Position numbers and translations under genes: made by a program. Below are positions 1-13,862 of a stretch of DNA of 64,000 bases, one piece after another. The stretch comes from the human T2T-CHM13v2.0 reference genome, Homo sapiens, in the NCBI RefSeq assembly GCF_009914755.1, contig NC_060929.1, one strand, 5' to 3'. Each line of letters starts with the position of its first letter. Positions within the stretch are counted from its first letter, which is position 1. The notes under the pieces are model-generated. The model saw only the letters and a program-made list of their open reading frames with translations. It was not told the DNA's origin and did not search any database.

Positions 1-1160
1 ATATTTGCTTTATTTCTAACTTTTATCTAGAAATTGTGTTAATCATAAATGATGAAAATTTATCATTTTTTTCAATGTCCGTGGTACTAATGATCAGGTT
101 TTTCTCCAGAGCAAATCTATTAATATCTACAGAATAGTATAATGTGAAACACTTCTATATTTCTTAGCTCTAATCTGCAAATGAGGAAAAAATACCTATA
201 GTGGCTTAAATCATGATATACAACATTCCAGGTTTAGCAAACACTGGCCAGGAATTGAATGTTTTATTTGAACTAAACTCACAGACCAAGAAGTTTTAAG
301 GCTTATAACAAATTTATTAATTAACAATATGATTGTCTATTTTAGGCAATAAAACATAGCAAATTTAATATAGGTAAAACATAAAATTTTTATTCTCCTT
401 AACTGTGCTACATAAAGTCACAGAGAGTTGAGATTTAAGTCAGTGTATTTTACTGTGGATTTTATTTCCTTTGAAGAACCAGTGGTTGAATATCAATATC
501 AATACAGGTATCAATACTCCCAGGATTAAGAAGACTTTTTATCTCTCCTAAAAGAAGTTATTCACAAACATAAAGGAAGGGCTTTTTCCTCCTCATATAA
601 ATTATTTTGTAATATCTTAGTTCTGTTGTGGTTCAAGTTTGACTCCTCGGAAGAATACTTTAGCCCTGGAGTAGCTTCCATATTGGGAGAGAGGTCAAAT
701 GTAATCTTTGTGGAAATGTTTGCAATTCAAATTATTTCTATGAATAGAACACCTGGGAATTTTGAGGGAAAAGCTTCTCAGCAGTGTTCTAACTCCTTAT
801 TGTTTTCATCCCTTTAAGAGCCTGCATGCCAGTAGTCATAAAAGGACAGGTTTTGTTGAGAATCACTTGGAGTAAAGAGGCTTTAAACATATATCAATTG
901 AAAGATATCTGAATGAAACGACTGATCGAAACAATTTGCCATCTCTAAAAACCCTTAATCAAACTTCTACCCACCCCTGATTTTGGGATAATAAAAACAA
1001 ACTTAATTGAAGTATACAGTAAAATTGGTTATTGATATCTGTAAACATTATCTCAGATAAATCCTGGGAAAACCAAAAGAACAATAATGACGTAGTCTGT
1101 TTGCAAGAATCTTTTGATGATTTTGGTTAATTAATTAAAAACAATTGTTAAATAACATAG

Positions 1161-1534
1161 TGTGTTAGTCTGTTCTCACACTGCTATAAAGAATACCTGA
1201 GAATCGGGTAGTTTATTAAGGAAAAAAGAGGTTTAATTGACTCACAGTTCCACATGGCTGGGGAGGCCTCAGGAAACTTACAATCATGGCCGAAGGTGAA
1301 GGGGAAGCAACCGTCTTCACAAGGAGGCAGGAGGAGGAGAGCAGAGGAAATTGCCATTTATAAAACCATTAGATGTCATGAGAATTCACTCACTGTCATG
1401 AAAACAGCATGAGGGAAACTGCCCCCATGATCCAGTCACCTCTCACCAGATTCCTCCCTCAATACCTGGGGATTACAATTTGGATTATAATTCAAGGTGA
1501 TCTTTGGGTGGGGACACAGAGCCAGACCATATCA
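1161..1534 (-). mobile_element. Solo MaLR LTR (THE1D/MSTA-like)
   Basis: Starts tgtgttagtctgttctcacactgctataaag, contains ggggaggcctcaggaaacttacaatcatgg, and ends gggacacagagccagaccatatca, with TG...CA termini. Confidence 0.9.
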
Positions 1535-1544
1535 CCCAGTATAT

Positions 1545-1665
1545 TACTCCAGAATGTGAGCTCCTTGGGCATCATGGCCTTGTCTATCTTGTTTTTGTTG
1601 AAGTATTATACTCAATATCAAGAACAGTGGCTGGCACACAAGAGGACCTCAATAAACATATGTTT
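1545..1665 (+). mobile_element. L2 3' end fragment
   Basis: agaatgtgagctcc...aacagtggctggcacacaagaggacctcaataaacatatg resembles the L2 3' terminus. Confidence 0.7.
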
Positions 1666-1839
1666 TAAAAGTGAAATAATAAATTATATTCTTTTCATTT
1701 GTAGTAGCCACTAGATTCTAAGTTCGAGTTTTTGTATTGCTTAGTGTTACTCACCTGAGACCTTCACCAATAACATAAGGATAGTTTTCTTTCACATAAC
1801 CACAATGAGTGGGTAATTTCTATGTGATAGGCTCTGAGA

Positions 1840-2040
1840 ATGAGCACTTTTATATTATCTCAGTTAATGTTCTCAATAGCACTGTACTGGATACTACTGT
1901 TGTTTGCATTTTGCAGATAGCAAAGGCTAACGGAAGGTATTTAGTATATAGTGTGGTGGAAAATCAACAGGGTCATACCTTGTATGCTTGTTTCTCTACT
2001 TTTCAAAACAGAGCTATTTAATCTGTGCTATACTAACTCC
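1840..2040 (-). mobile_element. Degraded MIR
   Basis: gcattttgcagatagcaaaggctaacggaagg resembles the reverse MIR core. Confidence 0.5.
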
Positions 2041-3639
2041 CCAAATCCCAATAATCTATTTACTGTCATTTCTCAATGTCATGGAAGAGAAGGAAGCTTA
2101 CTGAATTAAAAAGGTTCATGTTTTTTTTTGTTTTTTGTTTTTTTCATATAGCAGCATTTATTTTGGAATGTTAAACTGCTTTTAAATGCATCCATGAAAG
2201 TTTGCCAACTACCCGGAAGATAACAACATCAAGAGCAAACATACTTTTAATTCTAAGGTGTAATTTTGTTTTCCATTTTCACTACAGGCAGGAAGCTGAA
2301 AAAGATATGCATTTGCATTTAAAGAATGTTGTCTCTAAATTCATCTCTCATGCATCCCCATGATTCATTATTCATTCTTCAATTGTAAAATTGTAGGCAG
2401 TTTAGGGGAATGATGAAGATGATTTTGAGACGAAAGACATGATTCACTGAAAATAATATAACAAAGGGTCAGGAATTGGGCATAAGAGCAGAATGGCAAT
2501 ACCTTTTTATTTCATTATAGCATTTACCTCTGTCAAGAAGCTGGGTGATTAATTAAGGCCTCGATCTTTTTCATCTTGAGATCATACAACCCCAAACCTA
2601 CCCTTACATGTGTTATAGCATGTGCTTTGCCTCTCTGTTCCTTTGGATTGCAATTTCTTTAATGGAATTTCTGTTGAGCAATCACTGAACTCATATTTTA
2701 TTCTCTTTTTAAATCAAAGTTTTCATTCTGGTCAGGTGGCTGTTCTTGGCAAGGAAAGAAAGGAGGCATGCCTTAGTTGTCGGGGCCTTTCTCTGAGAGT
2801 TCTAATTGACAAGGGAACTCTTTACAGGTGATTGAAAGAGATCGCTTTGTACGGAAAAACTGTAATATCTCTGTCACTTTCTGCATGCAGATGACAAGCT
2901 TCTACCAGCTTCAGAGCTTCATTTTCTCCAGCTTCAGGGACTTTTATGATTTCTATCCATTCAAATTGGTCCAAGCCAGTGAACTATTCCCATCTCTTCA
3001 GCCGGACCAGTCTGCCCTTATCACAACAGAGGTGCTGGAAGCTTTGTGAATTACAAGCTGTTTCTCATGTTTATTGATGGATTGATATTTGGGAAAGGAC
3101 TAAGATTTTCTTTTCTAATGTTCAGTTATTTCCACTGAAACTGAACATCACCCCTCTCAAGTCCTCCCTTCCACACAGAGCTCAGTTTCTGAGTGTGAAG
3201 CCTCTGGGAGAGGGAACTGAAGTAATTGAATCGGATTAGACAAGCCAGCAGAACAAAGTCACATTCCATGAGGTGTTTCCAGCATCGAGTAGATGAATTG
3301 TAATTATTTAAGGATTAGTGCAAGCCTGAGATGAGGTCCATTCTGAATACTCTTCACCGTGTATAAACAAAAGCAAGAAGTAGTAATATAGGCTGTTTAA
3401 GCTTCTTTTTATCTCTAATAGATTTCGGTTAGAGCTGTGTGAACTTGAAAAACTGCTGCCAGAGTGAACATACTCATTCATTGTTTTTCAATAAAAAGTT
3501 AGGCCAAGCTAAGCCCTCAAGTCTAGGGAGAGAGATTAATTAAGGCTACACCCTTTACTGTAATTTACAGGGACAACATTTTACTATATACCATAAACAA
3601 GGGGAATTGAGCTCATTTTAAAAAATAAAGTTATTATTT

Positions 3640-5770
3640 CCTTCTACTTTTCTTTTAAATTATAGAGTTACAAAAAATTTGCAAAAACAGCCAGAGAGTT
3701 TTCAAATACCCTGCATAATTTCTTCTTTTGTTAATATACCACTGTGGTATATTTGTTACAATTAATGGACAAATAATAATATATGAATGTTAACTATACT
3801 CCATACATTATTGTCCTAGTAACTATTAGGACAATAGTTACTGTCCCTTTTCTACTCCGGGATCGCATCCAGGTCACATTTAGTCATCATGTCTCCTTAG
3901 GTTGCTTTTGGCTGTGACAGTTTTCCATACTTTTCTTTCTGTTTTTTTTGTTGTTGTTGTTATTATTTGTTTGTTTGTTTATTTTGATGACCTTGATAGT
4001 TTTAGAGTCTTTCTCAGGTATTATGTAAACTGTTCCTCAATTTGAGCTTGGCTGATATTTCCCTCATGGCTGGACTGGGGTTATGGGTTATTGGAAGCAA
4101 GAACACAGAGGTAGAGTGCCCTTCTCAATACAACAGATTACATATACAGAGTAGCATGTATTCTATCAGCATGACTTTTCAATCACTGATGATGCTAACC
4201 TTGCCCACCTGGCAAAGGTATTCTCCATAGTACACTTCATTTTTAATTTTTTTCTTTACTGTACTCCTTGAGAGTAACTCACTAACTGTAGCCCACACTT
4301 AAGGGGCAGTCAGTTATACTCAAATTTTGTGAGTGGGAAATATCTACATAAATTGTTTGAAATTCTTCTATACTTGAAATGTGTCTTTTCTTCTCTGTTT
4401 ATTAATTGATTCGGTGATTGTTTTTTGTATCAGTATGGACTCGTGAACATTTACTTTACATTTAGGATTATAATCTACTACTATGCTACTATTTTGTTGC
4501 AGCTTTGCCATTGGAAGTTATTTCACTGGTTCCTCTGTCCCTTTGACATATCCTCATAGTGAATTTTTATTTCTTTGTTCTATCATTTAATTACTTTCTG
4601 GCACTAATAGATCCATCAGATCCATATTGTACATTTCTTCCTCAGGTCTAGAATCAGCTGTTTCTTTAAGGATCCCAGATTCCTTTTATTGGAGAATGAG
4701 ATTAGAATCAAAGAGCTGGGCAATTGTTTGCAGCTACTAGAATTTCATTGTTTCTAGGTCTTCTCAATGGACAAAGCTAGGAAGTATATATATGTATAGT
4801 ACCCCATGTATACATATATATATATTTCTTCATATATATATTAATATATATCAGTATTATCCATCAGAATACCAATATCTACCTGTCTATACACACACTA
4901 ATACACGCTCATCAGTATCCACTAGTGTCTGTACTAAGCTAAATCAGAGTTTATACTGGTGTCTCCTGCTCTCCTAGTTGATTATTTATGGGGTTTTTTT
5001 GCATACATTATACTTACTGCTGTATAGCTCTATAGCTTATGACAGATAGTGTCAAGGATCCTCAACTACAGTACCATATAAAATAATTTCATAGCCCTAA
5101 AATATCCCCTGTGCTTCACCTTCTCAATACTCCTCCAAACCCCTGTCAAACAACCATCTGTTTTCAGCCTCTCTAGTTTGCCTTTTTTAGAATACTGTAT
5201 GAATGGAATCATATAGTACAAAGCTGTCTCACACTGGCTTCCTTCACTTAGCAATATGCATTTAAAATTCATTCATGCTTTTGTGTGGATTAATAGTTTG
5301 TTCCTTTTGGTTGCTGAATAGTATGAATGTACCATCGTTAATCAATTCACTTTCGAAGGGCATCTCAGCTGCTTCCAGTTTTTGGTGGTGATTGTGAACA
5401 AAGCTATTATCAACATTCACAGAAGGATTGTTGTTTGAACATAAGTTTTCAAATCAGTTTGGTAAATATATAGGATGGTAATTGTTGTGTTGTATGTTAA
5501 GTCTACGTGTAGCTTATAAAAACAATAAAACTGTATTCCAAAGTGGCTGTGTACCCTGTTATTATCAGGCCCTTTTTGGATTTTAGCAATTTCTAATATG
5601 TTTATAGTGGTATTCATTGTTTTAATTTGTGTTTCTCAAGTGACACTGTGTTGAGCAATGTTTATTTGCCATCTGTATATCTTCCTTGGTGTGGTGTCTG
5701 TATAGACTTTTTGCCCATTTTTATGATGGGATGTTTGTTCATTTGTAGTTGCGTTTTAATTGCTCTTTTT
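3640..5770 (-). mobile_element. Old L1M (L1MB/MC-type) 3' region fragments
   Basis: Reverse L1M 3'UTR motifs: ttttggctgtgacagttt, tagaatcagctgtttctttaaggatccc, aatggaatcatatagta, ttccaaagtggctgt, tatttgccatctgtatatcttc. Confidence 0.75.
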
Positions 5771-6047
5771 GATGAGCTTGCTGGCTTTTTCTGTGTAGGT
5801 CAATGTTGCAGAGTACATGTCCCTCATGCATCAAAATCCTCTGTGCTGCTTCTTAATTACGGTATCATAGGACCAATCCTGGATATACTGAATTGGGAAT
5901 CTCTTGGGGAATGCCTCAGAATGCTGAACAGTATATTTAACATGTTCTACAAGTGATTCTCATACACCCTAATATTTTTGACCTACTGGTGTATAATTTG
6001 GTGAGCCATTTCAGAGTTATAATCAGATGTTGATGATGCTGTTATAA

Positions 6048-6243
6048 ATCAGTGGTTTTCAAATGTAGTGGCACATTTGAGTCATCTTGAAACATTTTAA
6101 ATCCAAATGCCCAGACTCCTACCCAATATATTCAAGTAGATCCTCTGCAAATAGGATCCGTGCATCATTCTTGTTTAATTCATATATTAATATTTATATA
6201 TTTTTGCAAGTGGTCCTAATATGCAGCCAAAATTAAGAACCAC
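6048..6243. mobile_element. MER5A-like hAT-Charlie DNA transposon
   Basis: cagtggttttcaaatg...ctaatatgcagccaaaattaagaaccac with terminal inverted repeat remnants. Confidence 0.7.
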
Positions 6244-6723
6244 ATTCCAAATTCATGTAGATGTTTAGCGGTTTCATTCATTCCACCATTAATACATTAA
6301 AAAATATATTTTCCATTTCATTTGCTGAGTTTTAATGATGTGAAATTAAACAATCATTAATCATTTGCCATATGACAAGCATGACAGAACTGCAACTCAC
6401 GTATCAGGAAGTTATGGAAATACTTAATTTCAATGTTATATAGCAATAAGATCTAAAAAGTTGTACTGGAAGATCAAATAAACAGGCAAAAAATATCTAT
6501 TTTACTTTAAGAAGCATTTAGAAGATACAGCAGTATATCTCAGTCAGCCTACTCTAATGTTTAATACAACTGTTAGTAATATCCTCCCTTAAATAATCAA
6601 AATCCTGCCTTCTTCTGAATGGATAGCCTCAAAACTCTCTTGCTCTAAATATTATATTTACCCATCACTAAAAGGACTATACAGGTATCTACTACACTAT
6701 TTAAGTGTTATTTAAAGGACATC

Positions 6724-9454
6724 TGTTAGTTATCCATTGTTGCATGTATTAGTCGGTTCTCATGCTGCTATGAAGAAATACTCAGGACTGGGTGATTTAT
6801 AAACCAAAGATGTTTAGTTGACTCACAGTTAATTAAACTGTGCAGGGCTGGGGAGGCCTCAGGAAACGTACAATCATGGTGGAAGGGGAAGCAAACACAT
6901 CCTGCTTCATATGACAGCAGTAAGGAGAAGTGCAGAGCAAAAGTGGGGAAAGCCCCTCGTAAGACCATCAGACCTCGTGAGAACTCACTCACTATCACGA
7001 GAGCAGGCTGAAGGTAACCGCCACCATGATTCAGTTACCTCCCACTGGGTCCCTCCCACAACACGTGGGGATTATGAAAACTACAATTCAATATGAGATT
7101 TGAGTGGGGACACAGCCAAACCATGTCACTCTGCCCTCGGCCCCTCCCAAAACTCATGTTCTCACATTTCAAAACACAATCATGCCTTTCCAACAGTCCC
7201 CCAAAGTCTTCATTTATTCCAGCATTAACCCAAAAGTCCAAGTCCAAAGCTTCATCTGCAACAAGCCAAATCCCTTCCACCTATGAGCCTGTGAAATCAA
7301 AAGCAAGTGTGTTACTTCCTAGGTAAAATAAGAATACAGGCATTGGGTAAATACTTCTATTCCAAATGGGAGAAATTGGCCAAAACAAAGGGGCTGCAGG
7401 CCCCACGCAAGTCCAAAATACAATAGGGCAGTCATTAAACCTTAAAGCTCCAAAATAATCTCCTTTGACTCCATGTCTCACATCCAGGGCACGCTGATGC
7501 AAGAAGTGAGCTCTCATTGCCTTGGGTAACTCTGCCCCTGTGGCTTTGCAAGGTACAGCCTTCTCCGTGGCTGCTTTCATGGACTGGCATTGCATGTCTG
7601 CAGCTTTTCCAGGTGCTCCGTGTAAGCTGTCAGTGGATTTACCATTCTGAGGTCTACAGGACCATGGCCCTCTTCTCACAGTTCCACTAGGCAGTGCCCC
7701 AGTAGGGACTCTTTGTGGGGGCTCCAACCCCACATTTCCTTTTCACGCTTCCCTAGCAGAGGTTCTCCATAAGGGTTCCATCCCCGCAGCAAACTTCTGC
7801 CTGGATATCCAGGCATTTCCATACATCCTCTGAAATCTAGGCAGAGGTTCCCAAACCTCAATTCTTGACTTTTGTGCACCCTCAGGCTCAACACCACATG
7901 AAAGCCGCCAAGGCTTGGAGCTTGCACCGTCTGAAGCAACAGCCTGAGCTGTACATTGGCCCCTTTTAACTACAGCTGGAGCTGAAGTGACTGAGACACA
8001 GGGCACCATGTCCTGAGGCTGCATAGGGCAAAGGGGTCCCTGAACGTGGCCCATGAAACCAGAGACCTAGGTCTCTGAGCCGTGATGGGAGGGGCTGCTG
8101 TGAAGGTCTCTGACAAGCCCTAGAGACATTTTCCCCATTGTCTTGGTGATTAATATTTGGCTCCTTGTTACTTATGCAAATTTCTGCAGCTGGCTTGGAC
8201 TTCTCAGGAAATGAGTTTTGCTTTTCTACCTCATGGTCAGGTTACAACTTTTCTGAACTTTTATGCTCTGCTTCCTCTTGAACACTTTGCCACTGACAAA
8301 TTTCTTCCATCAGATACCCTAAATCATCTCTCTCTAGCTTAAAGTTCCACAGATCTCTAGGGCAGGGGAAAAATGCCACCAGTCTCTTTGCTAATGCATA
8401 GGGTGACTTTTGCTCCAGTTCCCAATAATTTCCTCATCTCTATCAGACACCACCTCAGCCTAGGCTTCTTTGCCCACATCATTATCAACATTTTCATCAA
8501 AACCATTCAACAAGTGTCTAGGAAGTTCCAAATGTTCCCACATCTTCTTGTCTCCTGAGCCCTCCAAACTGTCCCATTTTCTGCCTGTTACCCAGTTCCA
8601 AAATTGCTTTCACATTTTTGGGTGTCTTTATAGCAGTATCCCACTCTCTGTGGTACCAATTTACTGTATTAGTCCATTCTCATGCTGCTAGGGAGAAATA
8701 CCCGAGATTGTGTAATTTATAAAGAAAAGACGTTTAATTGACTCATAGTTCCACAGGCCTGGGGAGGCCTCAGGAAACTTGCAATCATGGCAGAAGGGGA
8801 AGCAAACACATCCTTCTTCATATGGTGGCGGCAGTGAGAAGTCAATTACCTCCCACCAAGTCCTTCCCATGACACATGGGGATTTGGGAAATACAATTCA
8901 AGATGAGATTTAGGTGGAGACACAGCCAAACCATATCACTACATAACAAATTGACCCCCAAATTTAGTGCCCTAAAGCAACAAACATTTATTTCCTCACA
9001 GTTTCTGGAGATGAGAAAATCAGAAGTGACTCATCTCAGTGGTACTAGCTCAGGCTAGCTCAAGAAGTTGAATTCAGCATGTCAGTGGGACCTGTTGTTA
9101 TCTGAGGGTTTGATTGGGGCTGGAGAATTCACTTACAAAATGCTCATTCACATGGCTATCAGCAGGCACCCTCATTCCTTGCCACATGGGTCTTTTTATA
9201 GACTGTGAGTGTTCTCATGGCATGGCACTTAGCTGCTCTCAGAGCAAGGGATTTAAGACAGAGAGCCAAGAAGGAGGCTGCAATGCCTATCTATATAACC
9301 TAGTCTTGGAAGTCACACACTATCATTTTCACCATACATTATTTATCAGAAGCAAGTCGTTAAGTCCAGCTCACACTCAACAGGAGAGGAATTAAGCTTC
9401 ACATCTTGAAAAGAATATTATCAAATAATTCCTAGACATTTAAAAAACCATCAC
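6724..9454 (-). mobile_element. MLT1 (F/G-like) LTR interrupted by the THE1C provirus (pieces 6724-6744 and 8939-9454)
   Basis: tgttagttatccattgttgca joins taacaaattgacccccaaatttagtg...aaaccatcaca once the THE1 element is removed. Confidence 0.75.
6745..8938 (-). mobile_element. Near full-length THE1C-like MaLR element: LTR 6745-7128, internal region 7129-8664, LTR 8665-8938 (about 100-bp deletion)
   Basis: Two homologous LTRs (tgtattagtc...cagccaaaccat[ga]tca) flank about 1.5 kb of THE1 internal sequence; degenerate 5-bp TSD ttgca/ctaca. Confidence 0.93.
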
Positions 9455-9736
9455 AGAACCCTTTCAAGCTTCATATGAATTATTTTTTTAAGTTTGTTAC
9501 AACTGTCATAACCACGTAACCACGTAAGATTTTATAGAAATTAAAAGCTAGCTGTAGTAACAAGATGATAGAGGCAAAATCCACACTTATATTTTTGTGC
9601 CACATACTCTTTGACTGAAAAAGTTATATATGGGGGCATAATTTAAGAACAGGAAGAGGAAGATAATCATGTGCCAGAGGTGCTTGCTGGGGGTTAGTCA
9701 AGAAAAGCTTCGAAAGGCGTTATGTCTTGAAAGTCA

Positions 9737-10061
<325 letters not shown>

Positions 10062-12394
10062 TCAGGGTCATGATGGTAGAGAAGAAGGGACTTTTCTTGC
10101 TGATAAAATAGCAAGTGCAAAGGCACATCCTTTTGGGAACTCTAAACTATTTTACTTAATTTACAAAATGAATGTAAGGCATGGAAGTAGATGAGTCTAG
10201 AAATAAAGGCAGGATCAGAACTGTAGATATGTCACAGTAAAGAATTCTACTCTCTTTATTCAGAAAGTAGTTAATAATCAAGTCTTTGCAACATTATTAC
10301 TACCATAAGCAAAAGAACCAAAAGGAATTTTGAAATTGGTATGACAAACTAATACTATTCTTATAGTAAGGATTACTTAGAAAAAAACTAGACTGATCAA
10401 ATGGTTAGTTAAATAAATATATTCTACCTAGAGTATGCTAATAATTATAATTTCTTAGATGATTGATTTCTACTTTCATTTTATTCATCTAAATACAGTC
10501 TTTTGTACTTGTAACCACTTCAGATATATGGAAATCTAAAGTATTAAAGCAAATATTATGCCAACAAGAATTTACTTTATGTATTTATTTTTAATTGCCC
10601 TCACTGAATTTCTTTAATTTTCTGGTGTTCCAAATATGGAAGAAATGTTAAAATATTAAATGACTTATTATTCGTTCATACATGTTTGGCTAGACAGGTT
10701 GGGAAGTGTTGGGTAGGATGAGACGTGAACCAATCAAGTAGGCTGGCACAGGGGAAGGGTCGTGGGTGCCAGGGCTTCCATTGCATGTGCTGCTTCCTGG
10801 AGCATTCAGACTAAGGATGAGTCAGAGTATGATTCAAGGAAGAAAAATAGGGAAGCCAAAATCAAGGAAATTTAAGCCAAGATCAAGAACCAGGTACATA
10901 CAGGATTTAAGAGAGCATTAAGGACAGTGATGGAGTTGACGTCAGTGGTACTAAAAATAATTTTATGACATGGAGTTGTGCACTTTACAATGCACACTTC
11001 ACACTTGTACAGTGTGTTAATGAATGGCACTGACAGAATAATATAGAACCTCTATTTCTGTAGTATCTCATTCCAAATCATTAGAACAAACTTTTTTGAA
11101 TATATCTTCATTGGTTTAATTCTGGAAATCATAACCTAAAATAGCTTAATGCCAATATTCAAAGGAAAATACACCTTTTGTGTGCATGCCCTCCTTTTCA
11201 TTTGTTTTCATCAACGTAAAAGAACATCATTAATTTAAACAATAACTCAGAAAAAAAAACAGAAAAAACTCATTTAAAAGACGTGATGATGAAAATAATC
11301 AAAGTGAAGGTCTGGAAAAACTCATTATGAAAATTAAATTAGTGATTTTTCCTTTCCACTTATTTTCTTTAAGTGTGTGGGGATTGTTTCACTTTTCTTG
11401 CCAGATAATGCTTCCTGTAATAAAAACAGGAAGCTGTGTTCCATCACCATAAGCAGGGAATAGTCATGATTCATTTCCAATGACAAAGGAAGTGTGTCGC
11501 TTTTTCCAAGCCTCCTCAGAAGTTGGTTTAGCATCAGGTGCATCTGTCTGACTCCTCCAATCACAGATGCACCCTCTTAGCTTTGTGGAAGCTTTTCTCC
11601 TTCCAATATATCCTGAATCTCTATGTGCATTTCAAAATAGATGTTGTATTTTTTGTCCAGTGTTTAAATTAGGCAAGAGTGTAGAGCAGCTTTTTTTCTT
11701 GCTGAGTGAGAGATAAAGAGAGAGAAAATGAACAAAAGAGATATTTCTCAGTTGGACATATGATTCCAAGCCGTTTTTATGAAGATGGCTGTCACTCTCG
11801 CAAGCTTCTGGGCACTGATATCTTTGGATCTCACACTGCTACTCTCCAGGTTATGGTCTTCAGCATCGTCAACACCAAGTGTTTTCCAAAATCAAAGTGG
11901 GAGCAGACTCAATATTCCCATTAAATAGGATTCAGGCCAACTCATCTGGATTTGAAATATGTGTCCACCTACCAAAAAGCTATAGATTTCAAGACCCCTG
12001 GTGACAGATCTCTAGAGTTAACCTGGCAAGGAGGCAAGGGCAACTGCAAAAAGAAAGAAGCAGAACTGGCAGGAATTTTTGGTATCAGATAGCTACCACT
12101 GCTTTCTCTTTTTCTTCTGTAAGATTTTCCTTATTGTACACTTCCCTTTTCTTAAACTGCAACTCTTCCCTGAGTACTGTAAACTAGTATTGTGTTTTAA
12201 TTTCCACTGTGTCATACAGGAGATTCTGCATGGCCCATAAAAATGCATTGTTTGTTGCTATAGTTCATTCTATCCTCAGCATTTATATATTAGTAGTGAT
12301 ATTATACAGAACTTTCTAATAAGGCATCTCAATTTCCAATGTATTCCACTGGGAAACATGATGCATCAATCACTGACTATTTCTTTGTTGCTTA

Positions 12395-12700
<306 letters not shown>

Positions 12701-13559
12701 AGAGTCAATTACATGCTAATTACTCAAAAAGTATTGTTAGATGAATTTAGACTGTTTCCAAAATTTCAATACTTAGAATTGTTTATGTGTACATGATTTC
12801 ATGATTTGGGAGCCTAAGGTACCAAGGACTGTTGTACTTCCACAATTATGTAAAACACATCAAAATTATCAGAAGAATAAGAATAATATAAATTGTTTTT
12901 AATGCATCTTTTTTAAGACATAGAAATAAATGTAACTAATTTGCCTTATTCTTCCCATAGTTTGTGACTCTTTTTCAAAGATACTTCACATTTTACACCT
13001 ACATCATTGTCATTGCTCCTGCAGAGGCAAGGAAAGAAAAAAATGAGAGATTAGAACAGAAAGTTTTGAGCATGCTTTTAATTATAAAAGCCTGTGATAA
13101 CCCTATTGAGGAATTGTTTATTTTATAAAGTGAACAACATTCAAAGCTAACTCAATATACTAATGTTAAAAATTATTCACATGGCAATTAGTTCATTTCT
13201 GAGGTTTTCTATTTTGCTTATTTCAATATGAATTCACTGATGATATCTGCATCTAAGTAAAAATGAATTTATCAGAAGTACTATGGAGTCTCAAACAATT
13301 AGTAGGAGGCTGGAGGACAAAACATGGAAATTGTCAGAAACCAAGAAGAAAGATGCACAGTGATCATTTTGTAACTGAAACAATGTGATCAGGATGTTGG
13401 ATGACATATAAGGTTGAATGACCTACATATATTCCTTTCTCTTTGGTTCACCAGAGCCTCAGTGATCAAAAGTGTTTAAGCTACAAGCTGGCCCCCTAGA
13501 TCTCTTGGGGCAGGAGATGAGTAAATGGTCTCTTGAATTACAACTTAAGCCATTTTTAT

Positions 13560-13862
13560 TTTATTTTATTTTATTTTATTATTATTATTTTTTGAGATGG
13601 AGTCTTGCTCTGTTGCCCAGGCTGGAGTGCAGTGGCGTGATCTCCGCTCACTTCCCAGATTCATGCCATTCTCCTGCCTCAGCCTCCCAAGTAGCTCGGA
13701 CTACAGGCGCCCGCCACCACGCCCGGCTAATTTTTTGTATTTTTAGTAGAGACGGGGTTTCACCATGTTAACCAGGATGGTCTCGATCTCCTGACCTTGT
13801 GATCTGCCCACCTCGGCCTCCCAAAGTGCTGGGATTACAGGCATGAGCCACCACGCCTGGCC
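13560..13862 (-). mobile_element. AluY/Sc-like with small deletion
   Basis: Reverse Alu, (tttta)n tail, TSD aactt[a/c]agccatttttat. Confidence 0.95.

Noticed and set aside
2540-3560. Possible exons or enhancer in unique-looking DNA (short ORFs 2622-3049; gattaattaaggc at about 2547 and 3534)
   Set aside because: No recognisable protein similarity or consistent splice pair; the motif recurrence cannot be distinguished from chance without conservation data
7281-8054. ORFs of 87-150 aa in THE1 internal sequence
   Set aside because: Fragmented remnants of the MaLR internal ORF; no intact coding sequence
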